Both the position numbers and the translations under genes were made by a program. A stretch of DNA of 64,000 nucleotides, from positions 1-64,000 of the forward strand of contig CAWHDR010000005.1 of NCBI GenBank assembly GCA_963828165.1. Reading direction: 5' to 3'. The notes beneath the pieces are model-generated. The model ran no database searches. It saw nothing but the letters and a program-made list of their open reading frames with translations, and had not been told where the DNA came from. Positions 1 through 11,753 of the stretch are shown here, in pieces; the stretch's first letter is position 1, and each line of letters opens with the position of its first letter. The DNA comes from an uncultured Chloroflexia bacterium (GTDB taxonomy: Bacteria; Chloroflexota; Limnocylindria; Limnocylindrales; CSP1-4).

Positions 1-737
1 TCGCCGCGTCCGCGACCCAGACGCTCGCCGAGGCGCTCGCGGGCATGGCGTTCTGCCGGATCGTGCGACCCGGGGCGCCGGTGATCTTCGGGTCGTTCGC
101 GTCATCGATGTCGATGCAGACGGGCGCGCCCACGTTCGGCGCGCCGGAGCCCGGGCTCGTTGCTGTTCGTCCTTGCCGGCCTCTCCCAACGACTGGGCGT
201 CCCCTTCCGGAGCGGCGGCAACTTCACCGCCTCGAAGCTCCCCGACTACCAGGCCGCGTACGAGAGCGCGATCAGCTTCATGTCCACGATGCAGGCCGGC
301 GTCAACTTCAACCTGCACGCGCAAGCTTGCTGGTGCACGCCTCGAAGGCGGACTCGCCCATCGGCTACGAGAAGTTCATGCTCGATGAGGACCAGGCCTC
401 GATGGCCGGCGCCTACCTCGCCGGCGTGGATCTCACCGACAACGGTCTCGCGCTCCAGGCCATGCTCGACGGCGGGCCCGGCCAGCACTTCCTCGGCTCG
501 CCGCACACGCTCGCGAACTTCGAGACCGCGTTCTGGCGCTCCGAGCTGTCGGACAACAACAGCTTCGAGCAATGGGAGTATCGATGGTGCGCGTGACGCC
601 GCGGTCCGGGCCAACGGCACGTGGAAGCGGCGGCTCGCCGCCTACGAGGAACCTGGGATGGATCCGGGGCGTTGCAGGAGGAACTGGTCGCGTGGATGGA
701 TCGCCGGAAGGCCAGCTTCCCCGACTCAGACGTCTGA
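1..737 (+). CDS. Trimethylamine/quaternary amine methyltransferase MttB family, 3' part, frameshifted
   Basis: Motifs PGAPVIFGSF-SMSMQTGAPTFGAPE, LGVPFRSGG-TASKLPDYQAAYES, YEKFMLDED and GPGQHFLGSPHT are spread over three frames; ends RKASFPDSDV* (TGA 735-737). Confidence 0.85.
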
Positions 738-774
738 CGCCGCGATGGCAGCCGAGGCGCTCGACCGGCCTCGA

Positions 775-2931
775 TCAGGCCCTCGGGGCGACGTCGGCCC
801 GATGGCCTCGCGCGGGGTGGTCAGGACGGAGGGCCGGAACGCCACAACTCCCCCCTCTCCCCCCCGCCCTCAACCTCCCCCTCCCTCCCTCCGATGTCCT
901 CGACTCCGGGGCCTGGTCTGGAGCCCGCGCAGCTCCTCGAGCGGGATGTGGCACTTCATCTCGTGCCCGGGCTCGACTTCGACGAGGGGTGGCTCGGTGA
1001 CCTCGCAGAGGTTCTGGATGAACCGGTGGCAGCGGGTGTGGAAGACGCAGCCAGTCGGCGGGTTCGAAGGGCTCGGGAACTCGCCCTCGAGCCGGATGCG
1101 CGACACCGGCTCGCCGTCGACGCTGGGCGCGGCGGAGAGGAGGGCCTCGGTGTAGGGATGGTTCGGGGTCCGGAACACGGTTTCCGAGTCCCCGACCTCC
1201 ATGATCCGCCCGAGGTACATGACCGCGATCCGGTCGCGAGGTAGCGAACGACGCCCAGGTCATGGGAGATCAGGAGATAGCCGGTCTTGCTCTCGGCCTG
1301 GAGGTCGGAGAGGACGTTGAGGATCGCGGCCTGGACCGAGACGTCGAGCGCGCTCGTCGGCTCGTCCGCGACCACGATGCGCGGGTCACCCGCGAACGCC
1401 CGGGCGATCGCGACACGCTGCTTGAGGCCACCAGAGAGCTGGCCCGGCTCAGGTCGAGGTGGCGCTGGGTCAGCCGCAGGTCGACGCGAGCTTGTCGACC
1501 CGGTCGTCTGCCGCCTTCCCTTCAGGCCGGTGAGCTTGCGCACGGAGCGGCCCAGGATCGCGCGCACGCTCCAGCCGCGATTGAGCGCCCAATCCGGGTT
1601 CTGGAAGACGATCTGGATGGAGCGCTTGGCGTCGACGGGGCGTCCTGCCGCGTTCGCCTCGGGCTCATGGTGGTCGAGCTTGATGTGCTCGCCGTCATCG
1701 GGACCTTCGATCCCGAGGATCGTCTTGGCCAGGGTGGACTTTCCCGAACCGGACTCCCGACGAGGCCGAGGGTCTCGCCGTCGTTGAGCGTCAGATCGAC
1801 CCCCACCAGCGCGGGGACGTGTGGCCGCCCTGATGGAAGGTCTTGGAGACGTTCGTCCGTGAGTGGACCTCGTCGCCCTCAGGGGAGATCTGCCCGACGC
1901 CCGCCTCGGCTCCGGATGTAGCCGATCCGGTCGTAGTGGTGGCACCGCGTCCAGTGGCCGCCGCCAACGTCCACGACCGGCGGCACGACCGTGCGACAGA
2001 GCTCGTCCGCGAGTGGACAGCGGTCGACGTAGACGCAGGTCGGCAGGTCCGAACCGATCTGTGGAAGCGTGCCCGGGATCGTCGCAAGGGCGCGCTGACT
2101 TGCGGACCCCGTGCCGCGGGAGCGAGCGCAGCAGGCCCACCGTATACGGGAACTGTGGCCGCTCGAACACCTCGACGGCGTTCCCTTCCTCCACGATCTG
2201 CCGGCGTACATAGGCCGACGCGGTCGCAGATCGAGCGGATCACGCCCAGGTTGTGCGCGATCAACAGGACCGCGGCGTTCGTCTCATTGCGCAGGGTCCG
2301 GACGAGGTCGAGGACGCTGGCTTCGACCGTCGCGTCCAGTCCGGTCGTGGGCTCGTCCAGGACCAACAGCTTGGGATCGGACGCCAGGGCCATCGCGATG
2401 ACGACGCGCTGCTGCATGCCGCCCGACAACTGGTGCGGATAGCGGTGGAAGACGCGCGTCGGATCGGCGATGTTAACCGGTCGAGGGCGGCCAGCGCGTT
2501 CTTGCTGCGCCTCGTCCTGGCTCTGGCCGAGGACCGTGAACGCCTCGATCGACCTGGGGCCCGATGCGGGTGCTCGGGTTCAGGGCGCCGCCCGGATCCT
2601 GGTACACCATCGAGGCGTGCTTGGCGCGGAACTGGCGAACCTCGTCTTCGCTCATCTTCGTGATATCGGCGCCGTCGACCAGGATCCGTCCTCCGGTGAT
2701 CCGGCCGTTGCGCGGGAGGTAGCGAACCGCCGCGTAGGCGGTCGTTGACTTGCCACAGCCGGACTCGCCGACCAGGCCGTACGCCTCGCCCGGCGCGATC
2801 TCGAAGGAGACGCCCCGCAGCACCGGCCGCGGGATGCCTCGAACGAGGTAGGCCAGCGAGAGGTCCTCGACCTTGAGGACGGCCGTGGTGCCAGGTCCGG
2901 GTGCCGGGGCCTCCGGCATCGTCACCGTCAT
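775..2931 (-). CDS. Oligopeptide/dipeptide ABC transporter ATP-binding protein with two fused ATPase domains, frameshifted
   Basis: [51 protein letters not shown] and HPYTEALL..C-terminal Cys motif; 3' end approximate. Confidence 0.9.
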
Positions 2932-3834
2932 TCGGACAGGACCGACTGCAGGCCGTCGGCGATGAGGTTCACCGCGACCACGGTCGTCGCGATGGCCAGT
3001 GCGGGAAACACCGTCGGCCACCAGACACCGGTGATCATGTCCGAGTACTCCTGGCTGACCGAGAGTCCCCAGTCAGGCGATGGTGGCTGGAGCCCACGCC
3101 AAGGAAGGAGAGCGTCGCCACGGTGAAGATCGCGTACCCGAATCGGACCGTCAGCTCGACGATGATCGGGCCGAGGATATTCGGGAAGGATCTCGCGGAC
3201 CATGATGAACGCCCCGGACTCACCACGGAGCCGGGCCGCCGTCACGTAGTCGAGCTGGCCCTCGGCGAGGACCGCCGAGCGGACCGTCCGCGCGACGATC
3301 GGGGTGAACAGTACGCCGACGACGCCGATGACGACGATCGAGGACGACCCGAGGACCACGAGCGTCAGCAGCGCCACCATGATGACCGGCAGCGAGAGGA
3401 ACGCCTCGACGATCCGGCTGAGGACGTCGTCGAGAGCCCCCGGTAGAACCCCATGACGAGGCCGATGATGGTCCCGAGGACCCCCGATGAGCGCCGCGGG
3501 CGGGGCGACGGTGAAGACGTCGCGAGCCCCGTAAGGACCCGCGAAAAGACGTCGCGTCCCAGCCGGTCCGTGCCCAAGAGGTGCGCGGTGAAGGCGGGGC
3601 CGGATTGTCGATCGAGAGGTCGTAACCATCGAATGGATCCCACGGCGTGTACGGCACCTCGAACATCGCGAGGATGGCGCAGGTGAGCCAGAACGCGAGG
3701 ATCACCATGCCGACCACGAAGCCCGGCCGGTGGAGCAGGAGTTTGAGCGTTTCACGCCGTGCCTGGGCGCGTTCCGACGCGGGCGCCGCCGCGGCGGGTG
3801 CCGGTCCGGGAGCGTTGGTCACCGATACCGCCAT
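2928..3834 (-). CDS. Peptide ABC transporter permease (DppC/OppC-like), frameshifted
   Basis: HLLGTDRLGRDVFSR, DYVTAARLRGES, PPSPDWG, WWPTVFPALAI. Confidence 0.9.
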
Positions 3835-4788
3835 CAGCGTCCCTCATCCAGGCGCACGCGCGGGTTCATCCACGCGATGATGAGATCGGCGATGAGCGTC
3901 GCCACCATGTAGACGATGCCGATGACTACGGCGCCAGCCGTGAGCATGGGGATGTCCTTGCGTTGGGCAGCGAACAGCATCAGCTGTCCCATGCCGTTGT
4001 AGTTGAAGATCTTCTCGACCCCGATGATGCCGCCGAACAGGTAGCCGATCTGGACGCCGATGACGGCGACGGTCGGGACCAGCGAATTGCGCAGGACGTG
4101 GCGCCGGATGACCTGATCGGTCGAAAGGCCCTTCATCGTCGCGGTCCGCACATAGTCGGACTGGAGAACCTCGATCGTGCCCGCCCGTGCCATGCGCGCG
4201 ATGTACCCGAAGTACACGATCGCCATGGCCATGGCGGGCATCAGCAGGTATCTGCACCGTGGTGATGAGGCCGGCGCCCGGGGGTGGGTTGGCGAGGACC
4301 GGCAGCCAGCCGAGGCCGACGCCCACGACGACCACCAGGAACGTCGCGGTGACGAATTCGGGGATCGAGGACGATGTGACGCCGAACAGGACGATGGCCC
4401 GGTCGCTCAGGCGATCCCGCCGGCGCGCGGCGTAGACACCGGCGACGATGCTGATCGGGATCGTCAGCAGCAGGGCCAGCGCCGCCAGCTGGGCGGAACG
4501 ACCCATCGCCGCGAGGAGCGTGGGCATGACCGGCGCCCCGGACTGGAAGGATTTACCGAAGTCCAGGGTGACCAGGTTGCGCATCGACCGCGCGTACTGC
4601 ACGAGGATGGGGTCGTTGGTCCCGAGCCGTTCGTTGAGGGCGTCGACCGTCTGCTGCGACGCGAACGGGCCCAGGATCGTTCTCCCGATGTCGGTCGGCA
4701 GGACGTTGGCGATCACGAACACGATCGTGGCGAGGAGCCACAGCGTGACGAGCGACAGGGCGAGTCGGCGGACGAGGAACCGGGCCAT
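3834..4788 (-). CDS. Peptide ABC transporter permease (DppB/OppB-like), one frameshift
   Basis: MARFLVRRL, LDFGKSF, DYVRTATMKGL, RHVLRNSLVP, DLIIAWMNPRVR. Confidence 0.9.
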
Positions 4789-4865
4789 CGACGACGTCGC
4801 CCCTCCCTAGCGGGTGGATGGGGGCGCGGGGACAGCGGCGAGCCGTCCCCGCTTATGGCCCTCGG

Positions 4866-6599
4866 TCAGACCCTTGACGCGGTCTGGAAGAACATCTGCC
4901 CGAGCGCGCTCGAGTAGACGCCCTGGAACTTCTTCGAGAACCCGGACAGGAAGTCGTAGGTGTACGCGATCCCGGCGGGGGTGTCCTCGAGCATGATCGT
5001 CTCGATGCGGTTGGCGGCGGCCTTCTGCGCGTCGACGCCGACGGCGGTCTGGAAGTCGACGAACGCGGCGTCGAATTCCGGGGACGAGTACTGCGACGAG
5101 TTCCAGGCGCCCTTCGTCCTGAAGGCCGAGTTGAGGAACACGTCCGGCGAACCGCGGTGCCCGTAGTCGACGATGCCGAGTTCGGCCGCACCGGAGCAGG
5201 GCGGATCTGCGGGCTCGGCGGGGCACCACTGGGCCCCGTAGAACGTGCCGAGCTCCTCGACCGCCGGGGTGAGCTCGATCCCCGCCTCCTTGGCGTTGCT
5301 CTGGATGAGCACCGCGAGGTCCGGGACCTCCTGGAGGACGGCCGCGTGGAGCGTCGCCGTCAGGCCGGTGGCGCCGGCGTCGGCCAGCAGCTGCTTGGCC
5401 TTTTCGACGTCGCGCGTCCGCTGCGGGACAGACGGATCGAAGTACGGGTACAGGGAGAAGATGACATGGTCGTTGGCCACCTGGCCCTGGCCCTTGAAGA
5501 GCTGCTGCACCATCGCTTCCCGATCGAGGGTGAGCGCCAGCGCCTGGCGGACCCGCTTGTCCGTGAACTGGCCGGTATCGCAGCGCATCCAGATCTGCCG
5601 ATGGTTCGTCGTTTGCGCACTGAGGGCGTTGAAGTTGGCGTCGTCGAAGAGGACTGCGCCCGAGTTGACGTCGAACTGGTTGATGGCGTCGATCTGGTCG
5701 CCCTGGTAGGCCGTGACCATCGGCCCCGGCTCATCGAAGAAGGTGAATTCGACGGTGTCGAGCGGCGTGCTGCCGCCCCACCAGGTCTCATTCCGGGAGT
5801 ACTTGGCCCCGGTGGCCTGGTCGTAGCTGTCGAGCTTCCACGGGCCGGTGCCGTCGGGCATACCGTCTTGCGTCGTGCCGGCGGCGTAGGCCACCGGTGT
5901 GATGAGCGACTGGGCGTTGAATACCGACACGAGGTACGGGAAGTTGCCGTTCGCACCGAGCAGCGTGAACTCCACCGTGGTGGGGTCGACCGCCTTGGTC
6001 GAGCCCTTCTCGATCACGCCACCCAGGCCGGCGTTACCAGCCTCAGCGAGGCGGTCCATCGTCGCGACGACGTCGTCGGCCGTGAAGTCGCCGCCGTTCT
6101 GCCACTTCACGCCAGTGCGGAGCTTGAACGTCCAGGCGGTGTTGTCGTCATTGGGCGTCCACTCGGTCGCGAGACCGGGTCCGATGTCACTGGTTGCGGG
6201 GTCGAGGGCGACCAGGAACTCGAACGACTGGGCGAGGAGGCCATACGCCGAGAGGTCCTGCATCGCGATCGGGTCGAGCGTCGCGGCCGGGCGCTGGACG
6301 GCGACCCGGATCGTGCCGCCTGTCTGGCCCGGCGAGGCGGCGCCGGCGCTGGCGGATGCCCCGGGGCTTCCTGCGGGGGTTGTCGCCGCCGAACCGGCCG
6401 GTGGGGTGTCGCAGGCGATCAGGATCGCCGAGATCGAGGCCATGCTGAGACCGACGACCGTGCCTCGCTTGATGAACTCGCGTCGCGACAGGCGCCCTCG
6501 GGCGAAGGCCTCGACGACGTCCAGCTGTGGCGGTGTGGTCGACCGGCGGACCCGATCGTAGCGGGTGTAGTCCATGGCGGTGTTCTCCTCCTCGACCAC
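4866..6599 (-). CDS. Peptide ABC transporter substrate-binding protein (family 5) with Tat-like/lipoprotein signal
   Basis: SRREFIK twin-arginine motif, ILIAC, WTFKLRTGVKWQNG, FTADDVVAT, GTGPW. Confidence 0.92.
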   Translation of the reverse strand: MVEEENTAMDYTRYDRVRRSTTPPQLDVVEAFARGRLSRREFIKRGTVVGLSMASISAILIACDTPPAGSAATTPAGSPGASASAGAASPGQTGGTIRVAVQRPAATLDPIAMQDLSAYGLLAQSFEFLVALDPATSDIGPGLATEWTPNDDNTAWTFKLRTGVKWQNGGDFTADDVVATMDRLAEAGNAGLGGVIEKGSTKAVDPTTVEFTLLGANGNFPYLVSVFNAQSLITPVAYAAGTTQDGMPDGTGPWKLDSYDQATGAKYSRNETWWGGSTPLDTVEFTFFDEPGPMVTAYQGDQIDAINQFDVNSGAVLFDDANFNALSAQTTNHRQIWMRCDTGQFTDKRVRQALALTLDREAMVQQLFKGQGQVANDHVIFSLYPYFDPSVPQRTRDVEKAKQLLADAGATGLTATLHAAVLQEVPDLAVLIQSNAKEAGIELTPAVEELGTFYGAQWCPAEPADPPCSGAAELGIVDYGHRGSPDVFLNSAFRTKGAWNSSQYSSPEFDAAFVDFQTAVGVDAQKAAANRIETIMLEDTPAGIAYTYDFLSGFSKKFQGVYSSALGQMFFQTASRV

Positions 6600-6698
6600 G
6601 CGACAGATCCGTCGGCGTGCAGTGCACCCTCATCCGGCGGCTCGGTCAGCGCGATCCCCGCCGGAGGTGGCCACGGTACTGGTCCCCTCTTCCGGCTG

Positions 6699-8367
6699 TC
6701 AACGCATCGGCGCATCCGAGATGGGGACGATGCTGTCCACGAAGGGCGTACGGCCCGGCGTACACGACCCGCACCGTGACCTCCCCACCGACCAGGTCGG
6801 GGCCGCCCACCAGGTGAACGAGCTTGTTGCCGCGAGTACGGCCGGCGACCCGTGGCAGGTCGGTGGGCTCGTCGCCGTGCGCGTGGGCGCGTGCCGGTGC
6901 CACCGAATCCACGAGGACCTCGACGTCCCTGCCGATCCACGCCTCGTTCCGTTCCAGGCCGATCGCCTCCTGGACGGCGAGCAGCTCGTTGAGCCGGCGT
7001 CGCTTGGTATCGGGCGGGACGTCGTCGGCGAGGCGCGTCGCGGGCGTGCCCGGCCGCGGCGAGTACGCCGCGGCGAACACCTGGTCGTAGCGCACGGTCT
7101 CCAGCAGCTCGAGCGTTCGATGGAATTGCTCCTCGGTCTCGCCACAGAACCCGACGATGATGTCGGTCGAGATCGTGATCCCGGGTACGGCCTCGCGGAT
7201 CCGGGCCAGCCGCTCGCGGTAGTGCTCGATCGTGTACTGACGGCCCATCCTGCGGAGGACCTCGTCGTCGCCGGACTGGACGGGCAGATGGAGGTGCTCG
7301 CAGACGCTCGGGCAGTCGGCCAGGGCGGCGATCAGCCGGTCCGACAGGTCCCAGGGGTGGGACGTCACGAAGCGCAGCCGCGGGATCGCCGGATGCCCGT
7401 CGGCGGTGCGCAGTCCGTCGATGGTGCGGATGAGCTCGGCGAGGTCCGGCCGGCCGTGGAGGTCCAGGCGCCGGCCGGCCCAACGCTCGGGGTCCACGTG
7501 GGCGAAGCGGGGATCGGGTTCCAAATCGTGCCCGTACGAGTTCACGTTCTGGCCGAGCAATGTGACCTCGCGATACCCGGCCGCGGCCAGGGCGCGCGCC
7601 TCGTCGACGATGTCGTCGAACGGGCGGCTGCGTTCCGGCCCGCGGCTGAACGGGACGATGCAGTAGGTGCAGGTCTTGTCGCAGCCGTAGATGATCGGGA
7701 GCCAGGCACTGATCGCGGAGCCGCGGGCAACGGTCCCCTCCCCGATGGCCCGGGCACGGGTCGCCGAGAGCCCGTCGGCAACGCCGACGACCGTACGCCC
7801 GACCGTGGTCGTGGCCCCGACCGGCCCGACCGCCCCCATCGAGTCGAACGAGCCGATCGCGCCCTGGGCCGAGGCCAACCCGAGGCGGTCAACGAGCTCC
7901 GGTTCCTCGTCCGGTCGCAGGAACAGGTCGACGGCCGGAAAGCGCCGGCGGAGCCCGCCCCGATCCGGTTCACGGACGGAACAGCCTGTCAGTACCACTC
8001 GCAGACCCGGGTTCGCGGCCTTCAGCTTGGTCAGGTGTCCCTGCCGGCCGATGACCTTTTGCTCTGCCCCCTCCCGGATCGCGCAGGTATTGATCACGAC
8101 CAGGTCGGCCGTGTCCATCGACGGCGCCTCCGCGCAGCCCGCCGCGAGTAGTCGACCGGCCATCTCCTCCGAGTCGCTGCGGTTCATCTGGCAGCCAAGC
8201 GTCCAGACGTGGAAGCGCGGCAACGATGCGAGATCCGGGACGTATTCGGCGAGGCGGGCATCGGCTGGCGCCTCGGGGCTCCGCGGAGCCGCCCTCGTTG
8301 TCGGCGCGCTCGCCGGCAGGACTTCGAGCACCGGCAGCGAACGCGGCGATAGGCGGGTGTCACTCAC
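6699..8367 (-). CDS. miaB: tRNA-2-methylthio-N6-dimethylallyladenosine synthase
   Basis: TLGCQMNRSDSE, NTCAIRE, GCDKTCTYCIVPFSRG radical SAM motif, TRAM domain; C-terminus probably frameshifted (ORF track end 6646). Confidence 0.95.
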
Positions 8368-8420
8368 AGCGGCGCCATGGTACCTCCGAGCGCCGGCATC
8401 CCCGCTATGCTCGGCAAGAC

Positions 8421-9198
8421 ATGGACCTCATCGCCCTGTTCACATCCCCCGAGACCTGGGTCGCCCTGCTGACGCTGACGGTGCTCGAGATCGTCCTCGG
8501 CATCGACAACGTCATCTTCATCTCGATCCTCGTGCAGCGGCTTCCGGCGCACCAGCGCGATCAGGCCCGATACATCGGCCTGGGGTTGGCCATGGGAATG
8601 CGGATCCTGTTGCTGCTGACGATCTCGTGGATCATCGGCCTGACGCAGCCGCTGGTCACGCTGTTCGATCGTGACTTCTCGTGGCGCGACGTCATCCTCA
8701 TCGGTGGCGGCGTCTTCCTGCTCTGGAAGGCCACCACCGAGATCCACGAGACGCTCGAGGGCGATGAGGCGCATGCGGCAACGGGCGCAGGCACGGCCGC
8801 TCTGGGCGGCGTGCTCGTGCAGATCGTCCTGCTCGATATCGTGTTCTCGCTCGAATTCGGTCCTGACCGCGGTCGGCCTGGTCGATGAGGTGGCGATCAT
8901 GATCGTCGCCATCGTCGTCGCCGTCGGCGTGATGTTGGTCGCGTCCGGGCCACTCTCGAGGTTCGTCCACGACCATCCATCGGTCAAGATCCTCGCCCTC
9001 TCGTTCCTGCTGCTCATCGGCGTCACGCTCATCGCGGACGGCTTCGGCTTCCACATCGACAAGGCCTACATCTACGCGGCCATGGCCTTCAGCGTCTTCG
9101 TCGAGGCGCTGAACCTGCGGCGCCGGAGCAAGAGCAAGGCGATCGAGCTTCGCCCGACCTACCGCGTCAAGGACGACGCAGACCCGGCGGCGAGCTGA
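8421..9198 (+). CDS. TerC family membrane protein, one frameshift near 8855
   Basis: LEIVLGIDNVIFISI, QIVLLDIVFSL, HPSVKILALSFLLLIG, YIYAAMAFS. Confidence 0.92.
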
Positions 9199-9199
9199 G

Positions 9200-10123
9200 C
9201 TACCCCGGGATCGCCTGAAGGAGCTCCTCGCCGACCTCGGGCGGCACCCACAGGGACGTATGCGCCTCGGCGTAGGTGCCGAGGTCGCCGTGGTAGTCAC
9301 TGCCGCCGGTCGAGATGAGCCCGAGGTCGCGTGCGACCGCCCTGACGGCCTCGACGGTAGCCGCGTCGAAGGTTCGGTAGTACACCTCCAAGCCGCGTAA
9401 TCCCGCTTCGGCCAGTTCGCGCATCACGTCCAGCCGGGTCGGCGCCTCACGGAAATGCGCCAGCACCGGGATCCCACCGGCAGCCGCGATCGTGGCGATC
9501 GCCTCCTCAGGGCCCAGACCCTCACGCCGGACATATCCGGGCGCCCCGTGCCCGATGATCCGGCCGAACGCGTCCTCGACCGTCGTCGCGAACCCCGCCG
9601 CGATGAGCGCCCTCGCAATGGTCGGCCGGCCCAGGGCGTCGTCGGCACCGACATCGAGGGCCGCCACCTGGGCATCGATGGGCAGCCCGAGCTCCCGCAA
9701 GAGCGCCACGGTCCGATCGAATCGCTTGCGCCGCGCGTCCCGCTGCGCCGAGAGCGCCGCCTCAAAGGCCTCATTCCCGGGGTCCATCCCGAACCCCAGG
9801 ATGTGCAGCTCCCCTTCCCACAACCCCAGATCCCGAGTGACGAGAGCATTGATCTCGACCCCGGGAATGAGCTGGAGCCCAGCGGGTAGCTCCGCGGCGG
9901 CCAGCTCCCGATAGCCCGCCAACGTGTCGTGGTCCGTGAGCGAGAACGTCCGCACACCGGCGGCTGCGACGGCCTCAACGAGCGCCGCAGGCGCAAGCAC
10001 TCCATCCGACCGCGTCGAATGGGAGTGGAGGTCGACCGTCGATGGCCCCGCCGGCACCACTGCGCCATCGAGCGCTCGCGGGTCATGGCGGCGTCGAGGT
10101 CGGTGCGGTACAGCGCCGGGCAT
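9200..10123 (-). CDS. PHP domain metal-dependent phosphoesterase (TrpH/YciV-like)
   Basis: DLHSHSTRSDG, LTDHDT, GVEI, LHILG, VLAH, TGGSDYHG. Confidence 0.92.
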   Translation of the reverse strand: MPGAVPHRPRRRHDPRALDGAVVPAGPSTVDLHSHSTRSDGVLAPAALVEAVAAAGVRTFSLTDHDTLAGYRELAAAELPAGLQLIPGVEINALVTRDLGLWEGELHILGFGMDPGNEAFEAALSAQRDARRKRFDRTVALLRELGLPIDAQVAALDVGADDALGRPTIARALIAAGFATTVEDAFGRIIGHGAPGYVRREGLGPEEAIATIAAAGGIPVLAHFREAPTRLDVMRELAEAGLRGLEVYYRTFDAATVEAVRAVARDLGLISTGGSDYHGDLGTYAEAHTSLWVPPEVGEELLQAIPG

Positions 10124-10181
10124 CGTGCGAGCCTACCAATCCCGTGCCGGAACAGCCGCGTCCAGCCGGCCCGGCAATCTC

Positions 10182-10206
10182 GTCGCGAGACAGGACGCTT
10201 TGCGAC
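10182..10206 (+). other. Hybrid recombination-site candidate (attL/attI-like) GTCGCGAGACAGGACGCTTTGCGAC
   Basis: Right 14 nt GGACGCTTTGCGAC match the cassette-site consensus; left arm differs but GTCGCG is nearly the reverse complement of TGCGAC at the same spacing. Confidence 0.7.
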
Positions 10207-10210
10207 AATA

Positions 10211-11631
10211 GTGTGTGCTAATGTTCCTTGGTGCCGAACTGCCGCCGCCGTCTATGCCCGCATCTCGTCCGACCCTGGCGGTGATCGGCTTGGCGTCACG
10301 CGCCAGATCGAGGACTGTCAGGGGTTCGCAGACCGTCGCGGCTGGCCCGTCCGCGAGGTCTACATCGACGACGACCGGAGCGCCTACTCCGGCAAGCTGC
10401 GACCCGAGTACCGGCGGATGCTCGATGACATCCGCGCAGGCGACGTCGATGCCGTGGTCGTCTGGCACCTCGATCGCCTGCACCGCCAGCCCAAGGAGCT
10501 CGAGGAGTTCTTCGAGGTCTGCAAGGAAGCGCGCCTGACCTCGCTGGCCTCGGTCACCGGCGACACCGACCTCGCGACCCACGACGGCCAGTTCCTCGCG
10601 CGTATCCTCGGAGCCGTGGCCAAGAAGGAGAGCGACGACAAGAGCCGTCGGATCAGCCGCAAGCACCAGGAGCTGGCCCAGGCGGGCAAGCTGGCCGGTG
10701 GCGGCGACCGGCCGTTCGGCTACCGCTCCGATCGGCGCACCGTCGAGCCAACCGAGGCGGCCGCGATCCGCGAGGCTGCCGCGCGCGTCCGCGCTGGCGA
10801 CAGCCTCCGCGCCATCGCGTCCGACTGGAACGCCCGAGGGATCACGGCGGTCCGGGGCGGCGCGTGGTCCAACCAGGTCCTCCGTCGGATGCTGCTCAGC
10901 CCGCGGCTGTCCGGCCAGCGGGCCTACCAGGGCGAGATCGTGGCGAAGGGCGAGTGGGAGTCGATCCTGACGCCCGATGACACGTCCCAGCTGTCCGCGA
11001 TCCTCGGCGATCCGGCTCGGCTGACCCGTCGCACCGTTCGTCGCTACCTGCTGTCGGGCGGCCTGCTCCGCTGCTCGTTCTGTGACGCCGTGCTCGTGGC
11101 TCGACCACGCGGCGACGGCACGCGCCGGTACGTCTGCGCCAAAGGCCCGGGACTCCCGGCTGCGGCCGCATCGCGATCCTCTCCGAGCCGCTCGAAGCGC
11201 TGGTCACCGAGGCCGTGCTGTACCGCCTGGACACGCCCGAGCTGGCCGCGGCCCTGGCTGGCGCAGCGAGCAAGGATGCGGAGGCCGATGCCGCCCACGC
11301 GTCCGTGACGGCCGACCGTGCCCAGCTGGAGGAGCTTGCCCGCGCCTATGGCGAGCGCCAGATCACGTTCCCGGAGTTCCTCGCCGCCCGCAAGCCGATC
11401 GAGGCGCGGATCGACGCGGGGCAGCGCAAGGTCAGCCGGTTGACCCAGACCAGCGCGATCGCCGGCTACGTCGGCGACGGCGAGGCGTTGCGCGAGGGCT
11501 GGGCCGAGTTGCCGCTCACCCGTCAGCGAGCGATCGTGGAAGCCGTCCTGGATCGTGCTGTGATCCGGCCAGCGGTCCGCGGGCGGACCCGTTTCGACCC
11601 CGACCGCGTCGATCCCGTCTGGCGGCTCTGA
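10211..11631 (+). CDS. Large serine recombinase (resolvase + recombinase + zinc-ribbon + coiled-coil), frameshift near 11160
   Basis: AVYARISSD catalytic Ser, SAYSGKLRPEY, WHLDRLHR, GDRPFGY, LLRCSFC...RYVC...GCG zinc ribbon; continues in ORF 11215-11631; alternative start GTG 10231 behind TGcTAATGT would need an indel. Confidence 0.93.
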
Positions 11632-11753
11632 CCGAGCAACACCACGATCGAACCGATCGCTGCTCGGTCGACGACCTTCACCGACACGCCCTGCGCCTCA
11701 CATGTCCGCTCCGCCCACCGCCTGGCCATGTCGCGCGCCTCCGGGGCGCTCAT
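11523..11753 (-). CDS. Small basic protein coupled to rep and antisense-overlapping the recombinase 3' end
   Basis: MSAPEARDMARRWAERTCEAQGVSVKVVDRAAIGSIVVLLG; ATG overlaps the corrected rep stop (ATGA at 11750-11753). Confidence 0.55.
   Translation of the reverse strand: MSAPEARDMARRWAERTCEAQGVSVKVVDRAAIGSIVVLLGQSRQTGSTRSGSKRVRPRTAGRITARSRTASTIAR

Noticed and set aside
300-365. Pyrrolysine amber codon in the MttB-like gene
   Set aside because: No in-frame TAG at the expected position; the region is garbled but looks like a non-Pyl member
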